Below, piece after piece: positions 18,956 to 27,965 of a stretch of DNA of 64,000 nt. Source of the DNA: an uncultured Chloroflexia bacterium. Its GTDB lineage: Bacteria; Chloroflexota; Limnocylindria; Limnocylindrales; CSP1-4. Where the stretch lies: NCBI GenBank assembly GCA_963735785.1, contig CAVTMH010000003.1:293708-357707 (forward strand), in the 5' to 3' direction. The notes beneath the pieces are model-generated. The model saw nothing but the letters and a program-made list of their open reading frames with translations, ran no database searches and had not been told where the DNA came from. Both the position numbers and the translations under genes were made by a program. Positions within the stretch are counted from its first letter, which is position 1. Each line of letters opens with the position of its first letter.

Positions 18956-19933
18956 TCAGGTCCTGGGCGCCGGCCGCTTGCGGGCCTCGAAGCCCAGGTC
19001 GCGCGCCTCCTTCACGGTCAACGGCTCGGTCCGTTTCCAAGAGAACGCCGTGCCGATGGCGTCCCAGACCGGCGCGAGCTCCCAGTATGCGCTGTGCGAC
19101 TTCGGGAAGTCCTTGCCCGACTGAACCCGCAGGTCGACGACGCTGGCGAGGCCGTCGGCCCGCCGAAAGAGCGGCTCCGCAACGAACGACAGGAAGTCGC
19201 GGCTGTCGTAGACATTGAGCCACGGAACGGGCAGGTGCGGCGGGTCGGCCTCGTCGTACGGGAGCGACGGGATCGCGTCGAAGGTGTACAGCAGCGGCGC
19301 CTGCGAGCCCACCGTGACGCAGGCCTCGACCGGCGCCTCCGGCCAGCTGGCAAGGAGGTCGACCAGGGCGATGCCGCCGAGACTGAGGCCGACCGGCAGG
19401 ACCGGGCGACCGCGGGCTGCCTTGGCCGCCTTCGCGAGCTCGGCCCGGAGCACGTCCTGGACCGAGGCCCGGTGCTGCTGGTAGCCCATGACGTCAGCCA
19501 GGAGCTGAGCGCCGAGCGCGTCGAGCATCGACTCCCGGCGGTCCTCGAAGTAGTTCGTCACGAGCTTCATGACCGCGGCCTTGCCGACCCCCGTCGGCAG
19601 CGACGACAGCGCGATCGGGGCCGGCTTCCCTCGCCGGTAGAGCGCCTTGCGCCAGTTCCCGAGACGGAGACCGGAATGCCGCCGCCATTCCGGGGCGACC
19701 ACGCGGACGTCCCAGCCGCGCTGGCGGACCTGGCCCTCGAGCCGGGACAGGTTGGTCGCGAGGCCCTCGGACGTCTCGTTGGCGCCGTGGACGAAGAAGA
19801 GCGTTCCGGTCGGCCCGGTCGACGGGTCGGATCGCGGCTTCCTGGACGTCACTTCGCAACGATACCGACGCCCGGATGACTGCGTGACGCCCCCGCCCGG
19901 CGAAACCGGGGTCGCTCCGGCGGGCGTAGACAT
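18956..19933 (-). CDS. alpha/beta-hydrolase fold protein
   Basis: The translation contains TLFFVHGANETSEG…PVGLSLGGIALVDLL (GxSxG). The true start is probably internal, with a GTG near 19855. Confidence 0.6.
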   Translation of the reverse strand: MSTPAGATPVSPGGGVTQSSGRRYRCEVTSRKPRSDPSTGPTGTLFFVHGANETSEGLATNLSRLEGQVRQRGWDVRVVAPEWRRHSGLRLGNWRKALYRRGKPAPIALSSLPTGVGKAAVMKLVTNYFEDRRESMLDALGAQLLADVMGYQQHRASVQDVLRAELAKAAKAARGRPVLPVGLSLGGIALVDLLASWPEAPVEACVTVGSQAPLLYTFDAIPSLPYDEADPPHLPVPWLNVYDSRDFLSFVAEPLFRRADGLASVVDLRVQSGKDFPKSHSAYWELAPVWDAIGTAFSWKRTEPLTVKEARDLGFEARKRPAPRT

Positions 19934-19963
19934 AGGTGAACCGAACCCACGCTACGGAGATCC

Positions 19964-20506
19964 ATGTCGATGCAGACCACCATTCGTTCGCTCCTCTTGC
20001 TCGGGCTCATCGCCCTGATCGCGGCGTGCACGAGCGGCGCCGGGACGTCGCCGTCGGCCTCGGTCGCGCCGACCGAGGCACCGTCCCAGGCAGCCCCCTC
20101 CGAGGCGCCGTCGGAAGCCCCGTCCGAGGCGCCGCCGTCGGTCGCCGCCGACGCCACCATCGCCCTCGCGACGAATCCGCTCGGCGAGATCATCGTCGAC
20201 GCCGATGGCATGACCCTGTATGCGTTCACCGACGACACCGCCGGCAAATCGACGTGCTACGAGGGGTGCGCGACGAACTGGCCGCCGCTCCTCGTCGCGG
20301 ATGGCGAGACGCCCGCCGCCGGCGCGGGTCTCGACGCGACCAAGCTGACCACCGTCGACCGGACGGATGGGACCAAGCAGGTCAAGTACGGCGATTGGCC
20401 GCTCTACTACTTCGCGAACGATGCCGCTGCCGGTGACACCAACGGCCAGGGCCTCGCGACGAAGTGGTACGTGGTCGACACGGCCGGGGAGCTCATCGGC
20501 CAGTAG
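19964..20506 (+). CDS. secreted lipoprotein with Lipoprotein_15 (COG4315) repeats
   Basis: The signal peptide MSMQTTIRSLLLLGLIALIAAC has a lipobox. Repeats read LYAFTDDTAGKSTCYEGCATNWPPLL and GDWPLYYFANDAAAGDTNGQG. Confidence 0.8.
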   Translation: MSMQTTIRSLLLLGLIALIAACTSGAGTSPSASVAPTEAPSQAAPSEAPSEAPSEAPPSVAADATIALATNPLGEIIVDADGMTLYAFTDDTAGKSTCYEGCATNWPPLLVADGETPAAGAGLDATKLTTVDRTDGTKQVKYGDWPLYYFANDAAAGDTNGQGLATKWYVVDTAGELIGQ

Positions 20507-20530
20507 CGCCGCATCACCCCTGGGAGGAGG

Positions 20531-20570
20531 AACGCCCGCTCGACGTTCGCGTCGGGCGGGCGTTTTTCTT
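20531..20570 (+). terminator. intrinsic terminator
   Basis: aacgcccgc-tcgacgttcgcgtcgg-gcgggcgtt is followed by ttttt, right after the lipoprotein gene stop. Confidence 0.7.
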
Positions 20571-20606
20571 GCGCGCGCAGCCCGGAGACGGGGGCCGCCT
20601 TCACGA

Positions 20607-22310
20607 CTAGGCGCGAGCCCTGGCCCGATCCTTGAGGATCTGGCCCGCGGCGAGCTTGCCGGGCGCGCCCATCACGCAGCCACCGGGGTGGGTCCCCGAC
20701 CCGCACTGGTAGTAGCCGTCGATCGGCGTGCGGTACTGGCTCCAGCCGGGCGCAGGTCGGAAGAAGAACATCTGCGGCGCGAAGAACTCGCCGGCGAAGA
20801 TGTTGCCCTCGGAGAGGCCCACGGTCCGCTCGATGTCGAGGGGTGTGCGGACCTCGCGCTGCAGGACGAGATCGCCGAAGCCCGGAAAGAACGTCTCGAG
20901 CGTCCGCTGGACCGTGTCGCCCAGGTTCTCCTTCTCGGTATCCCAGTCGCTCTCGCGCAGCTTGTAGGGCGTGTACTGGATGAAGCAGCTCATCACGTGC
21001 TTGCCGGGTGGCGCCATGTCCGGGTCGATCGTCGACTGGATGGCCATGTCGATATACGGGTGCTGGCTGTACCAGCCGTACTTCGCGTCGTCGAACGCGC
21101 GCTCGAGGTAGTCCATCGAGGGGCCGATGTTCGTGAAGCCGCGGAAATGGTCGGGTTTCGGGCCGAGCGCGGGGAAGGTCGGCAGGCCGTCGAGCGCGAA
21201 GTTCACCTTGGAGCTCGTGCCCTGGAACCGGAACCGCTGGATGTTCTCGACCAGGTCGTCGGGAAGCTCGCGCGGGTTGACGAGCTCGAGGAAGGTGCGC
21301 CGCGGGTCCAGCGCGCTGACGACGGTGTCGGCGTAGTACTCGGTCCCGTCGGCGAGGGCGACGCCCGTCGTCCGGCCGTCCTTGGTGATGACCGCCTCGA
21401 CCGGCGACTCCAGCACGATCTCCGCGCCGTACGCCTGGGCAGCACGGGCCAGCACCTGGGTGAACCCGCCATTGCCCTTCTTGTGGAACGCCCACGCACC
21501 GAATTCGCCGTCGTGCTCGCCGATCGTGTGGTAGAGCAGCACGAGGCCGGAGCCCTGCGACCGCGGCCCGACCTTCGTGCCGATGATGCTCGACGAGGCG
21601 AGGTAGCCCTTCAGCAGCTCGGAGTCGAAATAGTCGTCGAGGAAGTCGGCGGCACTGCCGGTGAGCAACCGGACGGCGTTGTGAAGCACCCGCTTGTCGA
21701 GCTTCCTCAGGCGCGACCCGATGCCGGCGAGCGCCAGCAGCTCCTCCGGGTCGTCGCTGAAGATGTCCGGCGGGACCATGTCGAGCAGCGGCTTGATCGC
21801 CTGGCAGACCATCTCGATGTCGTGGCTGTACTGGTCGTACGCGTCGGCGTCGTGCTTCGAGTGCCGCGCGATCTCCTTCTGGTTCTGGCCGTGATCCTGG
21901 GTGAACAGCAGGTGATCGCCGTCCTCGCCGGGCGCGAACGTCGTCGCCATGAGCAGCGGCATGAACCCGTGCTTGGTCAGCTCGAGGTCGTGGATGATGT
22001 CGGGTCGCAGCAGGCTCAACGCGTACGAGAACGTCGTGAACCAGAAGCCGGGACGGAGCTCCTCCGTGATCGCGGCGCCTCCGACGAGGTGCCGGCGCTC
22101 GATGATGAGCGTCTTGAGCCCGGCCTTGGCCAGGTAGGCACCGTTGACCAGGCCGTTGTGGCCGCCTCCGACGACGATGGCGTCGTAGGAGCGGTCGGCG
22201 CGCGAGGACGTCTTCGTCGATCGCGTACCGGATCTCGCGGTCGACGCCGGCTTCGTGCCCGAGGCGGGCGTGGCGGTCTTCCGGGTCGGCTTGGGTGCGG
22301 TCATCGTCAT
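20607..22310 (-). CDS. phytoene-desaturase-family NAD(P)/FAD-dependent oxidoreductase (amine-oxidase-like)
   Basis: The translation contains YDAIVVGGGHNGLVNGAYLAKAGLKTLIIERR…. The N-terminus is Lys/Thr/Ser-rich. The gene overlaps the upstream gene end by 1 nt. Confidence 0.8.
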   Translation of the reverse strand: MTMTAPKPTRKTATPASGTKPASTARSGTRSTKTSSRADRSYDAIVVGGGHNGLVNGAYLAKAGLKTLIIERRHLVGGAAITEELRPGFWFTTFSYALSLLRPDIIHDLELTKHGFMPLLMATTFAPGEDGDHLLFTQDHGQNQKEIARHSKHDADAYDQYSHDIEMVCQAIKPLLDMVPPDIFSDDPEELLALAGIGSRLRKLDKRVLHNAVRLLTGSAADFLDDYFDSELLKGYLASSSIIGTKVGPRSQGSGLVLLYHTIGEHDGEFGAWAFHKKGNGGFTQVLARAAQAYGAEIVLESPVEAVITKDGRTTGVALADGTEYYADTVVSALDPRRTFLELVNPRELPDDLVENIQRFRFQGTSSKVNFALDGLPTFPALGPKPDHFRGFTNIGPSMDYLERAFDDAKYGWYSQHPYIDMAIQSTIDPDMAPPGKHVMSCFIQYTPYKLRESDWDTEKENLGDTVQRTLETFFPGFGDLVLQREVRTPLDIERTVGLSEGNIFAGEFFAPQMFFFRPAPGWSQYRTPIDGYYQCGSGTHPGGCVMGAPGKLAAGQILKDRARARA

Positions 22311-22311
22311 G

Positions 22312-23511
22312 TCAGGCCGTCTTTCGCTCAGGGTTGTAGAGCGGCAGCCGCGCGACGTCGGCGGCGACCTGCTCGTAATGGTGGTCGACCGTGAACTCGA
22401 GGTTCACCTTCGTGCCGAGCTTGGCGAGGTCCGGGCGCACACGGGCGATGGCGATGTGGCGCTGGAGCATCGGTGAGTACATGAAGCTCGTCGCGTAGCC
22501 CACGCGCTGGTAGTCGTCGTCGTACAGCATCCAGTCCTCGACGACCGGTGCATGGTCCTTCGGCGGGATCAGGCCGGCGTCGTTGTAGACCCGATCGTAG
22601 TCCCGCCAGTCGACGATGAGGCCGCGCATCGCCCAGCGCGACGTCTTGTCGGCGATCTCGCGTTCGAGAGCCCGGCGACCGATGAACGCCCGGTCGTCGC
22701 CCTTGAGGTCCTTGAACATCCACGACCAGCCGAGCTCGATCGGGGTCGAGCGATGCGAGTCGTTCCAGGCGAAGCGGCTCGAGTCGAAGTCCGCCTCGAG
22801 CAGCAGCAGGCCCGCCTCGATCCGAAGCATGTACAGGGCGGCCAGCCCGAACGGCAGGACGCCGTGACCCTCCATCGAATCCCAGAGGGTGTCCCAGACG
22901 TGCAGCGCGTCCGGCGTGTCGACCCAGACCTCGTAGCCCAGGTCGCCGCTATAGCCGGTCCGGCTGACGGTCACACCCGCGCCGCCGATCTCGCCCCTGG
23001 CGACGCCGAAGTACGGGATCTTCTCCATCTGCGGGACGAGTCGCTTGAGCAGGTCGCGCGAGCGCGGACCCTGGAGGGCGAGGGTCCCGATGTCGTCACT
23101 CACCTCCTCGATCGCCACGTCGTGGCGGCCGATCCGATCCTCGAAGTAGGCGAAGTTGGGTTCCGCGCTCGTCAGGAGGTACTCGTTCCTTGCCGTGTGC
23201 AGGATGACGCCATCCTCGATGACGAAGCCGCGGTCGTCGAGCCAGCAGGTGTATTGGGCGTGGCCCGGGGGGCAGGCCCGGATGTCGCGGGCGAGGATGC
23301 CGGCCAGGAAGACCTCCGCGTCCTTACCCGTGATCCGGTACTTGTAGAGCGGGCTCGAGTCGAACAGACCGGCCGCGTTGCGGACCGCGAAGTACTCCAT
23401 CTTGTCCGACATCTGATAGCGATCCGCCGCCAGGTGCCCGGACCAGTGGCTCCAGAGCTGTGTCTCGTTGAGCGCGTTCGTCCGCTCGTGGAAGGGCGTG
23501 GTGCGGATCAT
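22312..23511 (-). CDS. aminomethyltransferase (glycine-cleavage T-protein) family protein
   Basis: The translation contains GLFDSSPLYKYRITGKDAEVFL…GYSGDLGYEVWV…. Confidence 0.8.
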   Translation of the reverse strand: MIRTTPFHERTNALNETQLWSHWSGHLAADRYQMSDKMEYFAVRNAAGLFDSSPLYKYRITGKDAEVFLAGILARDIRACPPGHAQYTCWLDDRGFVIEDGVILHTARNEYLLTSAEPNFAYFEDRIGRHDVAIEEVSDDIGTLALQGPRSRDLLKRLVPQMEKIPYFGVARGEIGGAGVTVSRTGYSGDLGYEVWVDTPDALHVWDTLWDSMEGHGVLPFGLAALYMLRIEAGLLLLEADFDSSRFAWNDSHRSTPIELGWSWMFKDLKGDDRAFIGRRALEREIADKTSRWAMRGLIVDWRDYDRVYNDAGLIPPKDHAPVVEDWMLYDDDYQRVGYATSFMYSPMLQRHIAIARVRPDLAKLGTKVNLEFTVDHHYEQVAADVARLPLYNPERKTA

Positions 23512-23548
23512 GCCGTGACGGGCCCTCGCTCCTGCTGGTGGTCACGGC
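23512..23548. promoter_or_regulatory. inverted repeat abutting the start codon of the aminomethyltransferase-family gene
   Basis: gccgtgac-N21-gtcacggc begins at the base next to the ATG. It lies in the 88-bp divergent region shared with the TetR gene. Confidence 0.3.
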
Positions 23549-23599
23549 ACCATAGCCGCTATTGGACGCGTGCGCAATATCGTTCTAGGCTGCGCGACC

Positions 23600-24202
23600 A
23601 TGAAGCGCATGACGCCCGAGGGGCGACGCGAGGCGATCGTGGCCGCGGCTCTCGGCGTGGCCGTGCACAAGGGCCTCGCATCGACGACGGTGCGCGACGT
23701 CGCCGCGGAGATGGGGACGTCGTCTGGGCTGATCCACCACTACTTCGAATCGATGGACGAGGTCCTCGCCGCGGCATTCGAACGGGTCGCGCGCCAGGAC
23801 CTGGCGCTCTCGGCAAGCGCGATGGCCGAGGCGGCCACGCCGATCGACGCGCTGCGCGTCTTCTTCCGGACATACACGCCGGCCGACAAGGATTGGGCGT
23901 TCCAGCTGTGGCTGGATGCGTGGGCCGAGGCCGCCCGCCGGCCGGCGGTCCAGGCCACGTCGCGGCGGCTCAACCTGGAGTGGCAGGGCCTGTTGGAGCG
24001 GACGATCACCGCGGGGATCGCCGCGGGGACGCTCACATGCGAGGCCCCGGGTGCCGCAGCGTGGCGGATCCTGTCCCTGCTCGACGGCTTGGCGCTCCAG
24101 GTGGTGGCGCACGGGACCACCATCAGCCGGGACGAGGTCGTCGCGTGGGCGACGGGCGCCGCCGAGCGCGAACTCGGGTTGGAGGCAGGAGCGCTGCGGT
24201 AG
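23600..24202 (+). CDS. TetR-family transcriptional regulator
   Basis: The translation contains MKRMTPEGRREAIVAAALGVAVHKGLASTTVRDVAAEMGTSSGLIHHYF. The ORF-track start at 23570 is an alternative. Confidence 0.85.
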   Translation: MKRMTPEGRREAIVAAALGVAVHKGLASTTVRDVAAEMGTSSGLIHHYFESMDEVLAAAFERVARQDLALSASAMAEAATPIDALRVFFRTYTPADKDWAFQLWLDAWAEAARRPAVQATSRRLNLEWQGLLERTITAGIAAGTLTCEAPGAAAWRILSLLDGLALQVVAHGTTISRDEVVAWATGAAERELGLEAGALR

Positions 24203-25204
24203 CTACGCCCGGACTTCCTGGCGCATGAAGAGCACGTAGGCCACGGCGAAGCACGCGACCATCATCGCCACGAGGCCCACGACCTGCGGCCAGACGAGGA
24301 GGAAGCTCTGGTCGAGCGACAACAAGGATGGGATCCGCTGCTGGGCCTGTTCATAGCTGCCGATGGTCGCCGGCGTCGAGACCGAGGTCACCTGGGGGTT
24401 GAGCAGCGTCAACGACGCCTCCCGGTACAGCGTGTCCGGGAGCAGCCGGCGCAGGCCCTCCTGGATGCCGTTGTTGCGCAGGACTTCCTCCGCTGACCCG
24501 GCGACGGGCGCGATGACGCCGCCGATCAGCGACACGATCAGCCCGCCGAAGAACGTGAGCAACAGCCACGCCCCGAAGCCCACCAGGGCCGACGTCGCGG
24601 CGCGCCGCACGGCGACGGACAGCAGCATCCCGAACGCCAGCCAGAGCGACACGTACACGAAGGTCAGGAGCAGCCACAGCACGATCCGCAGGATCTCGGA
24701 CGGCGCAGGCACGATGCCCAGCCGGATGATCCCGAAGGCGGCGATCGCACCGACCACCGTCACGAGCACGAGGCCGATCACGGCGAGTCCGGCCACGAAC
24801 TTGCCATTGATGACATCGTCGCGGTGGATCGGCTGGGACAGGAGGCGCGGCAGCGTGCCTTCGGACCGCTCGCCGTTGATCGCGTCGAATGCGAAGGCCA
24901 ACCCGAGCAAGGGCGCCACATAAGCCAGGAACCCCGTCACCGACGGCAACGTGAACTGCCCGCCGACATCCGGGGCGAGCCAGAACAGCGCGATGAAGAT
25001 GGCCTGGGCGTCGGTCACTCCGGATGCGACCTCGCGGATCGCGGCGGCCGCGAAGTAGAGGGGAATGGCCGCGGCAAGGCCGAGCACGGCGACGAGCACG
25101 AAGAACCGGGCCGACAACAGGTGGTCGCCGAATTCCTTGGCGGCCACGACCGTCCAGCCGGAACCGGGAACGGATCTGGCCCGCGGCGCGGTCGTTGCGC
25201 TCAC
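24203..25204 (-). CDS. ABC-2 type transporter permease
   Basis: The GTG start overlaps the ATPase TGA stop (GTGA). Six predicted transmembrane helices are present. The upstream part of the ORF running to 25570 is junk. Confidence 0.75.
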   Translation of the reverse strand: MSATTAPRARSVPGSGWTVVAAKEFGDHLLSARFFVLVAVLGLAAAIPLYFAAAAIREVASGVTDAQAIFIALFWLAPDVGGQFTLPSVTGFLAYVAPLLGLAFAFDAINGERSEGTLPRLLSQPIHRDDVINGKFVAGLAVIGLVLVTVVGAIAAFGIIRLGIVPAPSEILRIVLWLLLTFVYVSLWLAFGMLLSVAVRRAATSALVGFGAWLLLTFFGGLIVSLIGGVIAPVAGSAEEVLRNNGIQEGLRRLLPDTLYREASLTLLNPQVTSVSTPATIGSYEQAQQRIPSLLSLDQSFLLVWPQVVGLVAMMVACFAVAYVLFMRQEVRA

Positions 25205-26490
25205 TGCTCCTCCTCCGGCGGCCGCGCAGCCGGCAGCGTGACGGGCTCGACCGGCTCGACGGGCTCGACCCGCTCGACGGGCTCGACGGGCTCGACGGCC
25301 GGGACGCCGGTCCTCCTCGCGCGTGGCGGGGCCGCGTCGGGGCGCGTGATCGGAGTCGCGCTGTCGGTCGTCGGCTGATCGGCGGACCGGGTCTCGGCCA
25401 CCGCCGTCCGCGCAGCCCCCGGCCGCGCGACCGCGCGTCGATACACATCCTCGAGCGAGGGGAGCACGACCCGGATGGACGCGAGCGGCAGTCCCTCGGC
25501 TGCGACCACGGCCAGAACGGCCGACCGGACCGCGGCCGGATCGCTGCCCGGCGCGACGGCCAGTGTCCACGGGTCACCCGGGCGCGGTCCATCGGTCAGG
25601 GTTTCGACACCGGGCACGGCTGCGAGCACCCCCCGAGCGTGCGTGTCGTCGGTACCCTCGGGCAGGTCGAGGCCGACCTCCACCTCGCGTCGCCCATCAC
25701 CGAACCGGGTCGCGAGCTGCTCCATCGTCCCCTGCCCGATCAGCCGACCGGATGCGAAGATCCCGATCCGGTCACAGACGCTCTGGACCTGGTTGAGCAG
25801 GTGGCTCGACAGCAGGATCGCCATGCCGCGCTCGCGCACCAGCCGCCGAAGGAGATCGAGGACCTCGGTCACGCCGAGCGGGTCGATGGCCGTCGTCGGT
25901 TCGTCGAGGATCAGGACATCGGGGTCCTTCACGAGCGCATCGGCGATGCCGAGACGCTGGAGCATGCCGCGCGAGTAGGTGTCGGTCTTATCGTCGGCTC
26001 GGTCGGACAACCCGACCTGGTCGAGGACATCGTCGATCGTGCCCTCGGTCGTGTCGCGCGGCAGGCGGTTCAGCCGGGCGGTGTAACGCAGGTTCTCGCG
26101 GCCTGTCAGGTCGCCGTAGAAGCCGACGCTGTCGGGCATGTAGCCGACCCGTCGCTTGACCTCGAGCGGACCGCGTGACGGATCCAGGCCGACCACCCTC
26201 GCCGAGCCACCCGAGGCCTCCGTCAGCCCGAGCAGCATGAGGATCGTGGTCGTCTTGCCGGCCCCGTTCTGCCCCAGCAGCCCGAAGATCTCGCCCGCAT
26301 GGATGTCGAGGTCGAGATGATCGACCGCGACGAGATCGTCATAGCGCTTGGTCAGGCCGCGCGTGCGGATGCGGATGCTGTCGGACGGGGCATCGATCCC
26401 GGTCGCGTCGCCGGCCGGTGAATCGGGCGCAGCGGCGAGCCGGCGGCCGGGTCGCTTCTTGGGCGCGATCCGCCCGGGGCTGGAACTCAT
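25201..26490 (-). CDS. ABC transporter ATP-binding protein with a C-terminal (PVE)n repeat tail
   Basis: Walker A reads GQNGAGKTT. The signature reads YSRGMLQRL. Walker B reads LILDEP. The tail reads PVEPVEPVERVEPVEPVEPV. Confidence 0.9.
   Translation of the reverse strand: MSSSPGRIAPKKRPGRRLAAAPDSPAGDATGIDAPSDSIRIRTRGLTKRYDDLVAVDHLDLDIHAGEIFGLLGQNGAGKTTTILMLLGLTEASGGSARVVGLDPSRGPLEVKRRVGYMPDSVGFYGDLTGRENLRYTARLNRLPRDTTEGTIDDVLDQVGLSDRADDKTDTYSRGMLQRLGIADALVKDPDVLILDEPTTAIDPLGVTEVLDLLRRLVRERGMAILLSSHLLNQVQSVCDRIGIFASGRLIGQGTMEQLATRFGDGRREVEVGLDLPEGTDDTHARGVLAAVPGVETLTDGPRPGDPWTLAVAPGSDPAAVRSAVLAVVAAEGLPLASIRVVLPSLEDVYRRAVARPGAARTAVAETRSADQPTTDSATPITRPDAAPPRARRTGVPAVEPVEPVERVEPVEPVEPVTLPAARPPEEEQ
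25236..25300. repeat. coding 9-bp tandem repeat (about 6 copies of sggctcgac) encoding (PVE)n
   Basis: cgggctcgaccggctcgacgggctcgacccgctcgacgggctcgacgggctcgac lies within the 3' end of the ATPase gene. Confidence 0.8.
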
Positions 26491-27671
26491 CGGCGGCCGT
26501 AGGTCCGGAACACGTAGAACAGGCCGGCCACGATGAGCGCGATCAGCCCAAGGCCGACGAGCGCCCAGACGGGTGACGTCTCGACCGTGAAGCGGACCTG
26601 GCTCTCGGCCTGGGCCCCTTCCTCGGCAGCGGCCGTCTCGACCGTGATCACGTAGTCGCCGGCGACCGCCTCACCCGAGGGCGTGATGGTGGCCGTGATG
26701 GTCTCCGTGGCGCCGGGGGCGATGGTCGCCACGGCCGGCGGGTCCGTGGTGACCTCCCAGTTGGTCGGCGGCGACGCCGTGAGGACGACCTCCGTGAGCG
26801 GCGCGGTCCCGGTGTTCGTGATCTCGAACGCCTGGGTCGTGGGCGACCCGGCCGACCCGCTGGCCGACAGCACGTCGTTCGGCGTCGACAGCGACATCGA
26901 GTAGGAGCCCGTGACTTCGATGCCGAGCTCCGCCGGGATCGTCCGCTCTCCGGCACGGGCCTCGACCGCGATGGGGTACGCGCCGGCCGGAACGTCATCG
27001 GGGGCGTTTGCGGTCACGCCGATGTTCTGGGTGGCACCCGCCTCGACGACCGTCGAGGCCGCCTGGGTCTCGCCGGTCAGCGTGGCTTCCACGTCCCAGC
27101 CCTCGGGTCCCGAGGCGGCGACCGACACGGTCACGTCCTGGGCCGTGTCGTTCTGCAACTGCAGGTCGAACGTGAACGTCGCATCGGACGCGCCGGTCAG
27201 CGTCGGCGTGGACGTCGTGAGGGTGATGTCCCCGGCTGCCTCGGCGTTGACCCGGATCCCGATCGAGAGCACGTCCTGTGCGCCACCACCCCGCGCGGTG
27301 ACCCGGATCGTGGAGGTGCCGGCAGCCGCGTCGGCGGGGACATCGACATCGAGCCGCACCTCCGCGGCCGTCCCGCCCGTCACGGCCACGCCGTCGACGA
27401 CGAAGCCGCCGCCGAGGAGGCTGGCATCCCAGCCCTCGGGAACGCCGCTCAATGCGAGGGACACATTGGCGGTTCGCGTGAAGTCCACCGTCAGGTCGAA
27501 GCTGACCTTCGTGCCCGGAGCGACTGCGACCGCCGGGTAGGGCGTCGTGATCTCGAGGCCGTCGTCCGCGGAGACGGCCGGGGCGATCGCCCACAGGACA
27601 AGGGTCGACATGACGAGCGCGGTCGTGACGCGAGTCGTGACGCGCTCGGACCGCGCGATGCTTCTCCGCAA
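26487..27671 (-). CDS. secreted protein with 3-4 NEW3 (NPCBM-associated) domains and a C-terminal transmembrane anchor
   Basis: The TTG start is preceded by GAGGAGG. The signal peptide reads RRSIARSERVTTRVTTALVMSTLVLWAIAPAVSA. Repeated modules follow (…VSFDLTV…, …TFTFDLQLQN…). The C-terminal helix reads WALVGLGLIALIVAGLFYVF. Confidence 0.7.
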   Translation of the reverse strand: MRRSIARSERVTTRVTTALVMSTLVLWAIAPAVSADDGLEITTPYPAVAVAPGTKVSFDLTVDFTRTANVSLALSGVPEGWDASLLGGGFVVDGVAVTGGTAAEVRLDVDVPADAAAGTSTIRVTARGGGAQDVLSIGIRVNAEAAGDITLTTSTPTLTGASDATFTFDLQLQNDTAQDVTVSVAASGPEGWDVEATLTGETQAASTVVEAGATQNIGVTANAPDDVPAGAYPIAVEARAGERTIPAELGIEVTGSYSMSLSTPNDVLSASGSAGSPTTQAFEITNTGTAPLTEVVLTASPPTNWEVTTDPPAVATIAPGATETITATITPSGEAVAGDYVITVETAAAEEGAQAESQVRFTVETSPVWALVGLGLIALIVAGLFYVFRTYGRR

Positions 27672-27877
27672 GGCTGATTCCTCCTCGAAACCGATGCATG
27701 CAGCTGCCGGGGGTAGGGCCGCTGGGAATCTGCCAAACACGGGGATTCCTCGCAACCCCGGTTCTATCGAAAGACGATTGTGTTTTCTGAATCCTCCGTT
27801 GACCACCCGGAGCGTACTCGACCCGTCCGCCTCAAGGCGTCAGCGCGCGAATCGGCACTCGCTGGTTGGTCGCGGTC

Positions 27878-27891
27878 GGCACGATCGTGCC
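27878..27891. promoter_or_regulatory. perfect 14-bp palindrome GGCACGATCGTGCC, about 75 bp upstream of the PAC2 gene
   Basis: The palindrome is seen directly. It is flanked by an imperfect outer inverted repeat (ggttggtc…gccaacc). It lies in the 295-bp divergent intergenic region between the NEW3 operon and the PAC2 gene. Confidence 0.35.
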
Positions 27892-27965
27892 ATGGCCAAC
27901 CGCTCCGCGCCGGCGGTGACCCGGGACCCACGGGTGCGCATCCGGGCCCCGCGTATCCTTGGGCC

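Noticed and set aside
23512-23640. Glycine riboswitch upstream of the GcvT-family gene.
   Set aside because: The leader is only 88 nt before it enters the divergent TetR coding region. It lacks the conserved glycine-aptamer motifs.
25236-25300. Short regularly spaced direct repeats that could suggest a CRISPR array.
   Set aside because: The 9-bp unit has no spacers. It sits in frame inside the ABC ATPase gene and encodes (PVE)n. It is a coding microsatellite.
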